Part shown: piece after piece, positions 12,612 to 24,374 of the stretch
Numbering within the stretch: position 1 is the first letter of the stretch
How the letters are laid out: each line of letters begins with the position of its first letter
NCBI GenBank assembly: GCA_028534125.1
Contig: CM052816.1
Coordinates: 95,544,001-95,608,000 of the forward strand
Length of the DNA: 64,000 nucleotides
Source: Lama glama
Taxonomy: Eukaryota
Direction: 5' to 3'
Made by a program: the position numbers and the translations under genes
The notes under the pieces: generated by a model
The model's database searches: none
The model's input: the letters and a program-made list of their open reading frames with translations, nothing else
What the model was told of the DNA's origin: nothing

Positions 12612-13406
12612 TCAGTATTTTTTTTTCCCCTCTGCAGTAATTAATGATCTCTTTCTGTTAAATAGGAGAACAGAATCGCTCTTTTGGCATTGGGTACTTG
12701 AACTTACATACAACATTAATGAGTAACATTTTGATGACTGAGCAAGAGTGGATTTCCTGGTGGACACAGTCTCAGAGGCATGACAGAATAAACCACAGTT
12801 GGGGTTCTGGGGTTTTAACCTGTTGTATACATGTTGGCCATATATGTTATGACAATGCAAGCTAATGTTATTTGGCATATTGAAAAGGTAGAGGATTTCA
12901 TGTAGAACATTATGGGGTGAGGATGAGGAGTGACTGGACTTCCTGTTCTGTAGACAGATGTAGAAGCAACTTGGTTGGACTCTTTGCCCTTGGGATGCAC
13001 CTGGTGAAGCCTTCTGTGCATTGGCCCTGGACTCATTCAGAAGTTGTCTCCGCCTCACCTTTGGCTGTCTTCTCCGTGCTCTCACATGGAAACCCATTAC
13101 AAGAGGCTGACCTGGGATGCATTTTGTAGTGAATGTTTCCTTAATAACCTTCAGCATAGGTCCCCCAAAGAGATTTTCCTGTGATGTGTCAGGAACCAGA
13201 AATATATATAAAAGAAAGTCATTGCAGTATTTCACTTGAGATGGTGCAGATGATGACAGGTCCCTTTTTTTCCTTAGTAGTATTTATGGCTATTCAATTA
13301 AACAGCCACCAAGCAACGGGGAACCCACCGCTATTTCCAAATGCGCTGTCCTGGTGTGTGTACTCACCATATGTTTGAAGTATGACATAATCCTTATGGA
13401 ACACAT
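12612..13406 (-). CDS. Hypothetical two-exon orphan ORF (13406-13368 + 13178-12612; 201 aa), no recognisable family
   Basis: Longest stop-free frame in the window. The ATG|GTGAGT donor (intron starts at 13367) and a CAG acceptor (exon starts at 13178) join in frame. No homology recognised; may be spurious. Confidence 0.2.
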
Positions 13407-14129
13407 TCAATTTGTTGCTTCCCAACTTCAGTGGAAGCAGTTAAGTCTGTCTGCCTTTAGACAAATTGTTAATGAAAAGGTAGCCAAGCAATCATTTTCT
13501 TGTAATATGCAATTCCGTCTCCTTAAATACAGGAGCCTGACAGAGCTGTTCAGCACTTAGCACTTTCTCTGCACAACTGAACTCTCTCTGACCCTCCGAA
13601 ACAAACAACTGGAGCAAAAAGGGAGAAAGAGGGGGAAAAGTTAGCTAAAAATAAATACTTACCTGTGGCGCCTATAATCCTGAGAGTTGAATGGAGAGTA
13701 TATTTTACCTTATTGTTTTCAGATAACGTATGAATAACCGCCTGCTGCCGCCAAAGCTATTTTTATTGATTTTAAAGTTTTTCATGATGTTGATGCGATG
13801 TTTGGAAAATGGAGGGACTGTCTGAAAGATTCAGAATTTAGAGCCCCGAGCTTTACTCTTTTAGCAACGAGTCACCGCCGCCGACTGTGGCACAGACATG
13901 CCGTGCTCCCTTCTTTTTAGAGAGAGAGCCACGGAGGGGAAGACAGAGATTGGCCATCTGTCTGAAGCAAGTGTGTATTTGTTTTATTTTAATTTTATTT
14001 ATTTTGTTTATTTTTTACAATTTCCCCAAGAGTTTCTTGCATAGAATTGAACAAAGACAGCTTTACATCTCATTTTAAAATACAAATAAAATATTCTAAC
14101 AATGTCTTTAGGAAGAAATGTGGAGTTGG

Positions 14130-14325
14130 AATAGCTGGCATTAATTGAGTGTTTTCTCCGTGACGTCCCATACCCAGGTTATCTGTGTACCTCACCAGTT
14201 AACGGTGGATGGGCCGTGATGATCATCCCCATTTGATAGATGCAGAAATGTGGGTCAGAGAAGTTAGTTAATTTGCCTAAGATCACCCAGCAAACTTTGT
14301 TGTAGTGCTAACTCTTACACTCCAG
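14130..14325 (-). mobile_element. MIR SINE
   Basis: 'atccccatttgatagatgcagaaatgtgggtcagagaagttagttaatttgcctaagatcacccagc'. Confidence 0.85.
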
Positions 14326-14338
14326 AAAGCAAGCTCTG

Positions 14339-14391
14339 TTTTTTTTTTTTTTTTAAATGGAGGTACTGGGGATTGAACCCAGGACCTCGTG
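14339..14391 (-). mobile_element. 5'-truncated camelid tRNA-Ala SINE
   Basis: poly(T) then 'aaatggaggtactggggattgaacccaggacctcgtg'; the A-box half is missing. Confidence 0.85.
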
Positions 14392-14759
14392 TGTGTGTAC
14401 TTGAGCGTGTGTGTTTTAATGGAGCAGAAACCAAACTCTGAAGTTAAGACACTTAACTCCTACATGATGCAACTGAAGATCACTTCACAGTAAAACCTCA
14501 TCAGTTCAGCCTGCTTTGAAGATCTGGGGGAGGAGCAGTCTAAATGAGAGAATGTTTGAAAAGAAATGCCATCTTACACCTCCAAGGAGATCTGTGTTGA
14601 GTAAATTAAGTATGGATTTTAAAATTAGGCATGCAGCCTTGGCAATTTCATTTTATTGTAAAGGAAAATATTTGGTTTTTAAAATAATAAAGCATTTAAC
14701 TTTAAGGGCCTTGCTGTCATGATTCCAATCCATGTGTTTTCATAGTACAAATCTAAACT

Positions 14760-15300
14760 ATTTGCACTTTGATTAAACAAACACTGTGCGGTGCAGACTG
14801 TGTCAGTGCCTTGGGAAGGCAGTTAGTTACTTGTGGTGGCATCTTTGAGAGTGTGGACCACAGACTCAGGGCTGGGTTCGAAGGCTTGCACGCCTTCCCA
14901 GGGCTGAGGACTAGATGGACCAGTCGGGATTCAGCAGCCCTTAGCGCGGTGCCTGGAGCAGAGAAGGGGCTCGGCTGTCATCACTAGCACCACGGAAATG
15001 AGGACTCAGGGCTCACGGAGCGAGCGGGCGGCAGGGATGCAAGGACGACGTTCTGTAGTGAATCGAGTGTGCAATTACGCAGGAGATGAGTCTGGAAAGG
15101 CGGGATGTGGCCTGATCCCAGCAGCCTCGTGGCAGCATTTGGGCTCCATTCTGTTGTCTCTGGGAGCACGGGGGCTTCTTGGGGCTGGAGTGAGTGATAG
15201 GGCAGGATTTAGGGTATGATTTGGTGGAGAGAGAACAGAGACCTTGTCAGGAGGGGAACAAAGAGCGAGACAGATGCTCGCGGTGCCACATCAGGCAGGA
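14760..15300 (-). mobile_element. Degenerate L2 fragments, GC-shifted
   Basis: L2-like stretches 'aaacactgtgcggtgcagactgtgtcagtgccttggg' and 'gagtctggaaaggcggg...tttgggctccattctg...gggagc'. Confidence 0.45.
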
Positions 15301-18300
15301 GCAGGTGGGAGGACGCGGAGGCTGCGGGCACACCAGACCCCCAGGCTGCCCCAGCTGCACAGGAGGCCACGTAGCTCATGTGGGCTGACTCCCTGCCCGC
15401 CAGCTAACCACTCATTGGATCTCTCCCCAGTTTGCTCATAGCGCGGGAATGCAAGGGCCACATGGAACAGAGGCTTGAGGCCACTTGACAGCTGGGTTTC
15501 TCCTCGTGGGTGGTAAGCCTGGGACTAGTTGTTCACCCCGTTGCTTTGTTAGCGTGAGTCAGCCTGCCGGCTCCAACCCCTCTGACACTCTGCACAGGTC
15601 AAGCTTCTGGGCCGCCCAGCCAGAGGCCAGCCCACGACCGTGGAGAATTCATCAAGGTAAATGCCACCCACGGGCCTTCCTGGGGCCGAGCTGCCTTCCC
15701 TTGGTGACACGGCGTTGTGTCTGGCGCATTGTGCCTTTTCTTCAATTACTGCGTGAACTGCTGAGGTCATCCCTGCTCCTCTGACTTCTCTCCTGGATTC
15801 TAGACCCGCGTGTCCGCTTGCCCTTTGGGGGTCCGTCTTGTTGACGCATCTTCAGCTGAGCTCATACCACCCACTCCCCAACCCCAGGGCCTTCACCCCC
15901 ACTGTGACAGGCCCCAGCACCTCCTCTCTTCACTTGTGACTTTGTTTTTATCCCCTTTAGGGACAGTCCAGTTCCGCCAAGGCCCATGGCCCCTGCTGCT
16001 TTCTCCTGGGTTCAGCCCTTGGCCGGCAGCACTTGACTTTCGTAGGTTTTGTCTCCAGGTGATCCCTTAGGCCTTTAACCCGATCTCCTGCTGTGGGGGT
16101 TAGGGGGTGGGTCTCAGCTTCGGCTTCCTCTGGTAAGACCCCGGCCGCAGTGCTGTGTCCTCCCCACCCTCCCCTGGGACCCATGCAGATCCCTCATCTG
16201 CAGCCTAGTTTGCCTCCGTGTGACCTTTGGACCCCTTCACGTGACTGTCCAAAAGTCAGGTCCCAAGTCAAAATTACTCTGACTTCCCTCAAGTAATATT
16301 TTTTCTTTGACATTCCTGAATTTGAAAAAATGACATTAGCTTCTGTCTGTTTACTCAAGGTAGAAACTTGTGGCCATTTTTCACTCTTCTCCTTCCTCAT
16401 ATCCATCGTCCAAGCCTTCGGTGAATCGTCTTCTTCAGTACCACTCACGGCTCCGGATCCCTGTCTGCCTGCCATCACCTCCGCTCACAGCCTGGGCTTT
16501 GTGCCCAGTGCGGTGATGGCCGTTAGCTGGCCTCTGAGCCGCTGTCCGTCTCTTTTCCACCCGGTCACAGTCGTGCTCCTGGTTGCTCTAGAAAATGCAC
16601 TTCTTACCGCCTCTTCTTCCCCCACAAGGAAACGACAACAGCAACAAATAACCAACCAATAAAGCCAATAAACCCCTTTTGTGGCCCTCGGCTGCCCGCA
16701 GGGTGAGCTCCTGGATTCATATGAAAGGATGTTCATCATTGGGCTCTAACTTTGCGTCCCCTTCCCTGGTCTTACAGTTCAGCCCCACCGCCTGCCACCA
16801 CACCCCTATTTCCTGGGAAAGTTGGGCATTTGTGAGTTTGTTTTGTCTTTAAGTAAACCGGTGTGCGTCTACACCTGCTGGGAGTGTCACTTCTCACCCC
16901 CCGTCCCGTTGTGTGCTTGTTGTACTCATGATCACAAAGGCTTGTTTCAAAGGGACAGTGGCAGACGTCCCTTTCCGTGTTTTTGCAGCGACTGGGATGC
17001 ACCAGTGTTCACGTTGTGTTGCACCTGCTTGTCTCCCGGTCGGTCAGCCTATGTGGTCTCTGAGCTGCTGGAGGGGAGGCCTGTGCATGGCTGTGTTTGC
17101 GCCGGTGCCCAGCCCTGTACATGGCCCCGGTGGTCACCGAGCAAGGAAGGGGGACGGAAGGAAGGAGCAGTGGCAAGGCTGGGGAAATGGGATGGGTGGC
17201 AGTATGGATTGGGGGAGCTATTAAAAAACTTAAAGAATAGCCACAATCAATGAACTGTAACAGCTCAGAACTTTGTGATTGACTTTTATGCGCCGTAGAA
17301 ACTTGCCCTGTTGCCAAACACTGTTGGGAAAAGCCACAGCCTTAATGCTTTAAGCACATTGCTGTAATTCGACTCCCCATAAAGTGGTCTTTAAATTGTG
17401 TTTTGGGGCTGGGAAGTGCACATCAGTGACATGCTTAACTGTACAGCCACAGCTAAATAGGAATCTAGACCGATCTGTATGCAAATACAATGCTTCAAGT
17501 TCATTATTGCTATTAGGAAATGGAAATACAGCCAGAACAGAAATGGCAGCATATTTCCCTCTGCTTGTGTTGTATTTTTGTCAATGGGGCTTCTGAAGGA
17601 CTACGTATTTACTAACCCATTAGAATGAGCGATTTTATATCCTAATGTAAAATTAAAGGAATTTAAGGATCTGCCTAGGAGATACACTTGTTTAAGCCTA
17701 TATTAATGTCTCTGTTGGTTATGTTGGCTAGGTTCGTGGTATATGATTGGAAAAGAAAATGTCTCAGTCATGTGTATACTTTCTAAATCTCAATGGATTT
17801 ATTTTCTGACAAGATAGAGAGCTGATTTTCTTCTCTTTTGTCCAAAATATAAGACGTAGGGACAATATAACTATTCTCAAATGCAAAGCGTACCATCAAT
17901 TCTTTCTTTCTGTATTTATTTAAATCTCATTCCTGTGATCGCATTCTTTATTTTCTTTCTGATGCACACTCTTGGCTTCTCCCAGTTCTCATCTCTGAGC
18001 TCATTAATGTCTTTTCCTTAGGCCCATCAAGCAGTATTTACTGTGGTGTTTACCAGGGCCTCCCCTAAGTTGTGTGGGATCCTGGGCAGATATTCTTTTG
18101 TGGGGCCTCTGTCCATATTAACAATTTGATTGAAAATGTCAAAAAATGTAGGGGCCCATTGAGATGTATTGATTTGCAACAAAGCCTTAGAATGTGAGTA
18201 GAGAAGAGACCCTCCAATCAGCACACATGAAGGTACTTCCTCCTGTCCAGGCACATCTCTTCCTGTTCCAGTCTACGAACCATCTCTTCATTGTGTTCTT

Positions 18301-19169
18301 TGTCAAAGGCACCACTCCTAGATGATTCCATGTCCCTCACCTTGTTGTCACTCATAGCGTGTGGCTCTTTGGAACCTATTTGTATCAAAACAATACAGCT
18401 CATCTTACCTCTGCAGTCCCGGGTCCATTTACTGAGGGCTGGCTACACTGTATTCCTCATGAAGTACATCATCTCTCAAGTTGTCCAGGAACACTGGCTT
18501 CCAGGGACAACCTCAGGGGTTGGGTTACTGTGCTTTGTCAGTGGTGGTTACAAATACAGCCTTTGCCCAGAGAATGCAGTAATACTTGAATGATAATTTG
18601 TGGTCAGGTTAAATGTACTAATTTTATAGCATAAAGGTAGACTAGCACATCTTCCAACCTGCATCTTGAACTCTTTAGACACTCATCACCGTGTCCTTAG
18701 TATGTTCTCTCTCTCTTAGGGGCAGGGCAGGGTGAGGAGTGGTCCACTGGTGCAGGGAACATCCATCCTTCATCTTGCAGGGATTATCCATCCCTCATGC
18801 TTCAGGGCTTAACACTCACATAGGAAAGTACAACTGTAAAGGATTCCCACTAGATTTACTGTTACTTCTGTAAAAATGTCAACCTGAAGGTTTGCAGACT
18901 GCCTCCTTGAGTTATCCCAGAGACAGTCCACTAGGTATTCTCAGATAACTGGGAACCTTGACAAATCCTGAGCTGTCCAAGAACGGAATAGTTGGTAAAA
19001 ACGGCGTTGTGCGTCCCAGCCATTGTGCAAGTGCGTGTGTGTGTACGTATGTGAATTATTGTAAGTGCTTAGTGGCTCTCATAATTTTCTGCATCGAGTT
19101 GTGAAGTGTACCTTGATGTTGACTTTATTTTTCCTTTGTGAAAAAGTATAATAATAGGCATAAACGTTT

Positions 19170-19312
19170 TCATAAGGAATGTTGATGGCAGGGGAGGCTG
19201 TGTATGTCAGGGGACAGGGAGTATGTGGGAACACTTAGTATTTTTTGCTCAATTTTGCTGTCAACCTAAAACTGCTAAAAAAAACCCTATTTAATAGGAA
19301 AAAAATTTAAAA
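19170..19312 (+). mobile_element. LINE-1 extreme 3' end (L1MC-like)
   Basis: 'gttgatggcaggggaggctgtgtatgt...ggacagggagtatgtgggaa...gctcaattttgctgtcaacctaaaactgct' followed by an A tail. Confidence 0.85.
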
Positions 19313-20547
19313 AAGGACTGATCTCACACACTGGGAGAGTGTGATGTGGCCACATTGATTGGAGGTGGGAGAGGATGTCTGAGAATCCCCATGGTGTTAT
19401 GGGGCGGGGGTCCGGAAAGCCCTGAGAGGAGATGGGTGTAGCTACCTCATAGGACTGCCTGCCGTATGGCATGGAGACTGTGGAAGAGTTGGGGTGCCAG
19501 GGTAAAGGACACCTGCCACCACCCCAGCTGTCCCTGGGTGCTGTGGACTAAAGGCAGCACTGTGGTTGGAACCCACATGGACAAGAGCCAATCCACAGAC
19601 CTGCACACTTGGCTCAAGTCCAAGGGACAGCAGTGACCCTGTGGGAACTCAGAGCCCTGAACTTGTCCTGTGTCTGACATGAATGAGAATCTCCAAAATC
19701 AGCATTTCGGCACCATCTGGCAGCCTGATGTCTTGCAAACTTTTGAAACCAATATGGCACCACCTGGTGGGAGTTATCTGCTGGCCAGGCTGTCCTCCTG
19801 GAACCAGAGCCCAGCCAGGGCCCAAGACAACCCCACAGGCATGAGGCCGATTGCTCCTTAGGGCACCTGGTCGACCCTGTGGTTTGTAAATTAGACATAT
19901 TTGTCTCTCTGCTGGTGTGCTTCACTCCCTGTATCTTTTCTCCACCAGCAGTTAAAATACGAGGGGCTGATACTCCACAGGTCCTTCCTGAGATCCCCTC
20001 ACACATTTGGACCCTGCTTTCCAGATTGGCCTGGCCACTGCTGCTCATCTGGTCTCACCATCAACACTCAGAGCTGTTCTGCACACTTGTGCAGGTTGTG
20101 CATTGCACAGTGGTGCCTGTACCCAGAGGGCGTCACTCACATCACATGGCAAATTTGTGTATTTTACTACAGCAGAGGGCCGTGAACTGTCTTGTTCGAA
20201 CAAAGTTGGGTGTATTACTTTTTTGATAGATGGAAGTCTTGAAGAAGGGAGGGCCTTCTAAGAACTTGCAGGAAATCCCCATTCCGGCTAGCAGTGCCTT
20301 GGACTGCACCTGCCCACTCTCTGCTGCCCAGCCTGTGGAGGTATCTTCATTTCCCCCTAGTTAACTTCATTCATTCATGCATTCATTTACTTATTGAAAA
20401 TTATGCAGTGCTAACGATGTGCCAAAACCCTGAGAGTTTTGAAGGTTTTGTAAATAGTTCCCCTACATGTGGGGAGGTGGCCCCAGGGCCCTTGCACATG
20501 TCTAGTTCCAGCCGGTGGGTGTGAACAGGAAATACAGCCTGTCACTT

Positions 20548-20613
20548 TGTGTGCTGCTCCCACTCCTGTGTGAGGCTCTCTGTGTGCTGCTCCCACCCCT
20601 GTGTGAGGCTCCC
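20548..20613. repeat. 33-bp tandem duplication (2 copies, 2 mismatches)
   Basis: tgtgtgctgctcccactcctgtgtgaggctctc / tgtgtgctgctcccacccctgtgtgaggctccc. Confidence 0.95.
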
Positions 20614-21709
20614 TGAAGCTCGTGCTGCCTCGTGCAGTAACTTTACGATAATGACTTCCCCAGGGCAGGGGCGATGCCTGCCTCACCATCCTTGAGTCTG
20701 TGCCCCCATGCTCTGCCGGTCCCACAGCAGGTGCCCAATAAATTTTTATGGAGGAACAGCTGGACACACAGTCTGCTTGTGTTTAGGATATCAGGTCCTT
20801 GAGTGTGCAGGGGGGAGCATGGAGACCAGGAAGACCAGGGGAGGGTGTGGAAGAACCCAGCAGATCTGCCTCCGAGAGCAGGGAAGGTTCTGGAGGCACC
20901 GTCATCTTGATCTGCATGGACTTGGGGCTGGAGGAGTTCCCTGGAGAAGAGGCAGGGACTCAGGGCCAGCTGGAGGGAGTGCGGAAGGGGCTGGTGGCAG
21001 GGAAGCTGCACCCTGTGGTTATCTGGAGGGCTTGTGATAGAGGCTTAGCCAAGTGGAAGGGTACCACTGAACCTCATAGTTTGCTGGCAAAGCATGCACT
21101 TCCGGCAAAGCAGTGTTCACGGAGAGATGGGCCTGAGCAGTGCTGGACTTTTTAAGCATCATGAAACCTGGAGGGAAGAAGACAGCCACCTGATCAGTGC
21201 TGCTGGCTCTGGACCTTTGGGTGATGCCTGGGCCCTCGATGATTCCCTGCATCGAATCAGCCCATCCCGCTGCCCTGGCACCTCCCCTCCCTCCCCGCTC
21301 TCCTCCCCACGGGGGTTCCTCCCAAATTCCCCAAGGCTCTCTCACATCCTCCTCAGGCCCTTTTGAGAAAAGGTCAGTACAAGCATCATGAAGCCTGGGA
21401 GGGGGCCAGAGGGTGGCTGGCAGGAAGGCGCCCTCCTTGCTGAGAGCCCGAGGGTGAGGATTGAGTCCCAGAGGCCACAGCCTGGGACTGCAGGACACAG
21501 TCGTGGGTTTGTAATTTCAGATAAAACCAGGACTGGGTTTCAGGCTTGGGGGTAGGGGGACTGGACAAAGAGCCCACCAGACCTGGGAGATGGATCAGTG
21601 CAGACACAGAGCAAAACAGAATGTGACGTGGGGCGAGTCCTTTCTTTTGGGACCATCCACCCTACCAGGTGTGATCTTTCAGTGTCTTTGCTGTTTACCT
21701 CAGATCCTT

Positions 21710-21960
21710 AGGGAAGCTGTAGCTCATGTAACAAATAAAACATCATTTCAGTGGCTGGACCTGATGGAAGTTGCTTTCTTGTAAAAGTCCAGCGAGTGGT
21801 TGGACTGAATCACCAAGATCCACGTGGTGATTCAGGGACCCAGGCTCCTCCCTGCGTGGAGTCCAAGGCCCTGACTGCCTCTGCATCCAGACGGGGGCAG
21901 GAGGGCAGAATGGCTAAAGATGGGCCTTTTCACTCCCATGCAGGGGGCGAGAACAGGGCC
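21710..21960 (-). mobile_element. Old MLT1 (K/L-like) LTR fragment
   Basis: 'tgtaacaaataaaacatcatttcagtggct...gattcagggacccaggctcctcc'. Confidence 0.6.
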
Positions 21961-24374
21961 TCTTGCCCTCCTCAGTGTCCCCAGAGCTCTGGGGGAGTGC
22001 TCTTCTGAGAGGAGGCACAGGGACCTGCCAGCACCATGTGCCCCAGTGAGTCTAGGGCTGGGAGGGGCCATTCCTCAGGAGACCTGGATTCTGTTAGAGA
22101 GGGGATTAATGCTTAGTTGGTTTAAATGACAAATGTCCATCCCAGGGGCGCACGACATGAGTCCCCATGGAAGGAGATGGGTGGTAAATTCTTGGGGTCA
22201 GGGTGAAGGCGTGGCTTTCCCAGGAAGGCAGAGGTGGGTGGACACCACTGAGCAGACTAGGGGCAGCAGGAGAGCATGCCTGGGTCCTGGTCAAGGAGGA
22301 GGAGGGTGTGGACATGTAGAAAGAATAGCAGATTCCAGAGCAGCCTTACCTTCCATAGAGGTTTGGGGAACGTGCTGGAAGGACCTAGCACACTGGTGGG
22401 AGCAGCACTGTGCAGCTTTAGCTCCTTTCTCCTTGAAGACAGAGGCATCTAGAAGCCTTTACCCGCTCCCCTCTGTCCCTTGCAGAGAGTTCCTGGGGTG
22501 AGATGGACAGTCCATTGCAAGAAGCACCTGCTCTTGTCCTCGTGCTTGGATGACACAGGTGGCCTCCCCCTTGGTCACGCAGCTGGGGGTACTGGTCCCA
22601 AGAAAGGTCCTTCTCTGGGCCGTTGAGGGAGCTGGGGTGACAGGTGGGGACTAGAGCCCTCCTGGGCCCCGTTCTTTTCCCCATGGCCCTTACACATCCC
22701 CCGTGGCCCTTACTCATCCCCCACAGAGGCACCAGGTCTCTGGGTGAAGGAGGCCAGGTAAGGTCTAATCACCCTACTGAGTTTTCCTCCCGGCAGTTCT
22801 GAATTTGTGGATGCTCAGTCACCTGTTTACAGAAACTGGTTGGTAGAGTGATTTAAACCCCACACCTGAGGATGCGTTCTGGGAAAGTGCGGGGTGAGGA
22901 TGTCTTTCCACCTAGTTTATGGCTTCCCTCGCTGGGCGGTGCTGCCTCCGCCCTTGGCCTTGCCGAGGTTTTATAACTGGCCCTCATTTTGGGTCAGCAG
23001 GGCCCCCTCCAGAGTCGTAGGAGGGAGGAAGCCGGCCCTGCTTTCTGTGGGAGCCAGGTCTGTTCTCTTGCCTGGATACAGCAGTCATAAGCAAGACTCC
23101 AGTAAATAAATAGTTCAGTTCCCCCTGAAATTGCCTCTGCTGGAATTTGTGCCTTTAGAAGAAGCATGAATAATGACCGGGACAGAGCATTCTTTTATCT
23201 GAACCCGGAAGATGCTAACGTAGATAGTAGAAATGTGAGAAGCCTCAGCTAAGTGTATTCTCTGGGTTATAAATTCCTTTTCTCTCTAATGCCTCTGCCT
23301 CATCTTGGAGATTCTCTTGGCTGCACTTTCGTCTTTCATTTCTGTCTTCTTTATTCACTGTGTTCCTTCTTTTCTCGGATTTTACTAGCTCAGCAGCTGC
23401 AGCTGAATCGAGCCAAGAATATTTGCTTGGGGTGGTGGAGAGGGGAGCTCACTTTGCCTCCGTGGCCCCTCTCTCTTCGGCACACTGGTGCACCTCTGTA
23501 ACTCTGTCCTTTTCAAAGTCAACTCTGCCCGAGCTTGGTTAAAAAAAAAGAAAAGTGAGTGGATGACAAAACAATTTCGAATGACGGGGTTTGTTCGGCT
23601 TTCATTAGCTGCCTTTAAAACTGAGCCCTATTCATAGCTAACTCTCAAAGTGTGTTCTTTGGCTATGTCCACAGGATACTTTGAAACGTGTTATTATTTT
23701 TCGACAAAAGAACAGTGTGACCTGATGCATTTTAAAATAGCGAGAGCACTTGAAATATTGCACAAGAGGTTCCGTTGCTGGGGCCGTGGGAAATCATGGT
23801 GGGGTTCTGACAGAAAGGGAAAGTAACTGGTCATCACACAGTTCTCAGAACGCCTGCTTGAAAGAAGTGTGGCGTGCTCTTCTGGGACAGTTACAGCATT
23901 CTTCATATAAGTCGTGCCTACCCCGGAAGTTGTCACTGAACTTGGAGACACCTGAGGCTGTGGTGTCAGCTGCACAGGGCGGGTACATAGAAGTCAGATT
24001 TAGGGAGGACAGGGTCCAAAGAGAAAGCAGGGTGAAGAGAACAGATACTGTTGTATTGGCAGCGATAAGCCCTAATCAGCCATGGTGATATAAAATCAGG
24101 CTGAAACAAAATGACTCTGAAAGTTTTAAAATTAACTTAAAAAGATAATGAGCAATATTCATACAGGTAAATTAGAACTCAAAATGAGAACTGTTAAGAA
24201 GGACAGAGATGGACATTTTATATTAATAAAAATGAAAAGGCACCAAGGAGATACAATAGTTTTGACATGATATACACCTAATACCACATTTTCCAAATAG
24301 TTACAGGTAAATTTCTTTGAATTGTAAGGAGAAATTGACAGACATGGAATTGAAGCGATTGTAACCAACCCCTC

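Noticed and set aside
13655..13665. ATACTTACCTG as the start of a U1 snRNA pseudogene
   Set aside because: Similarity stops after 11 nt; it is better read as a minus-strand splice donor.
23675..23768. Possible plus-strand exon after 'tccacag' (YFETCYYFSTKEQCDLMHFKIARALEILHK)
   Set aside because: Weak donor (gttccg), no recognisable protein and no partner exons.
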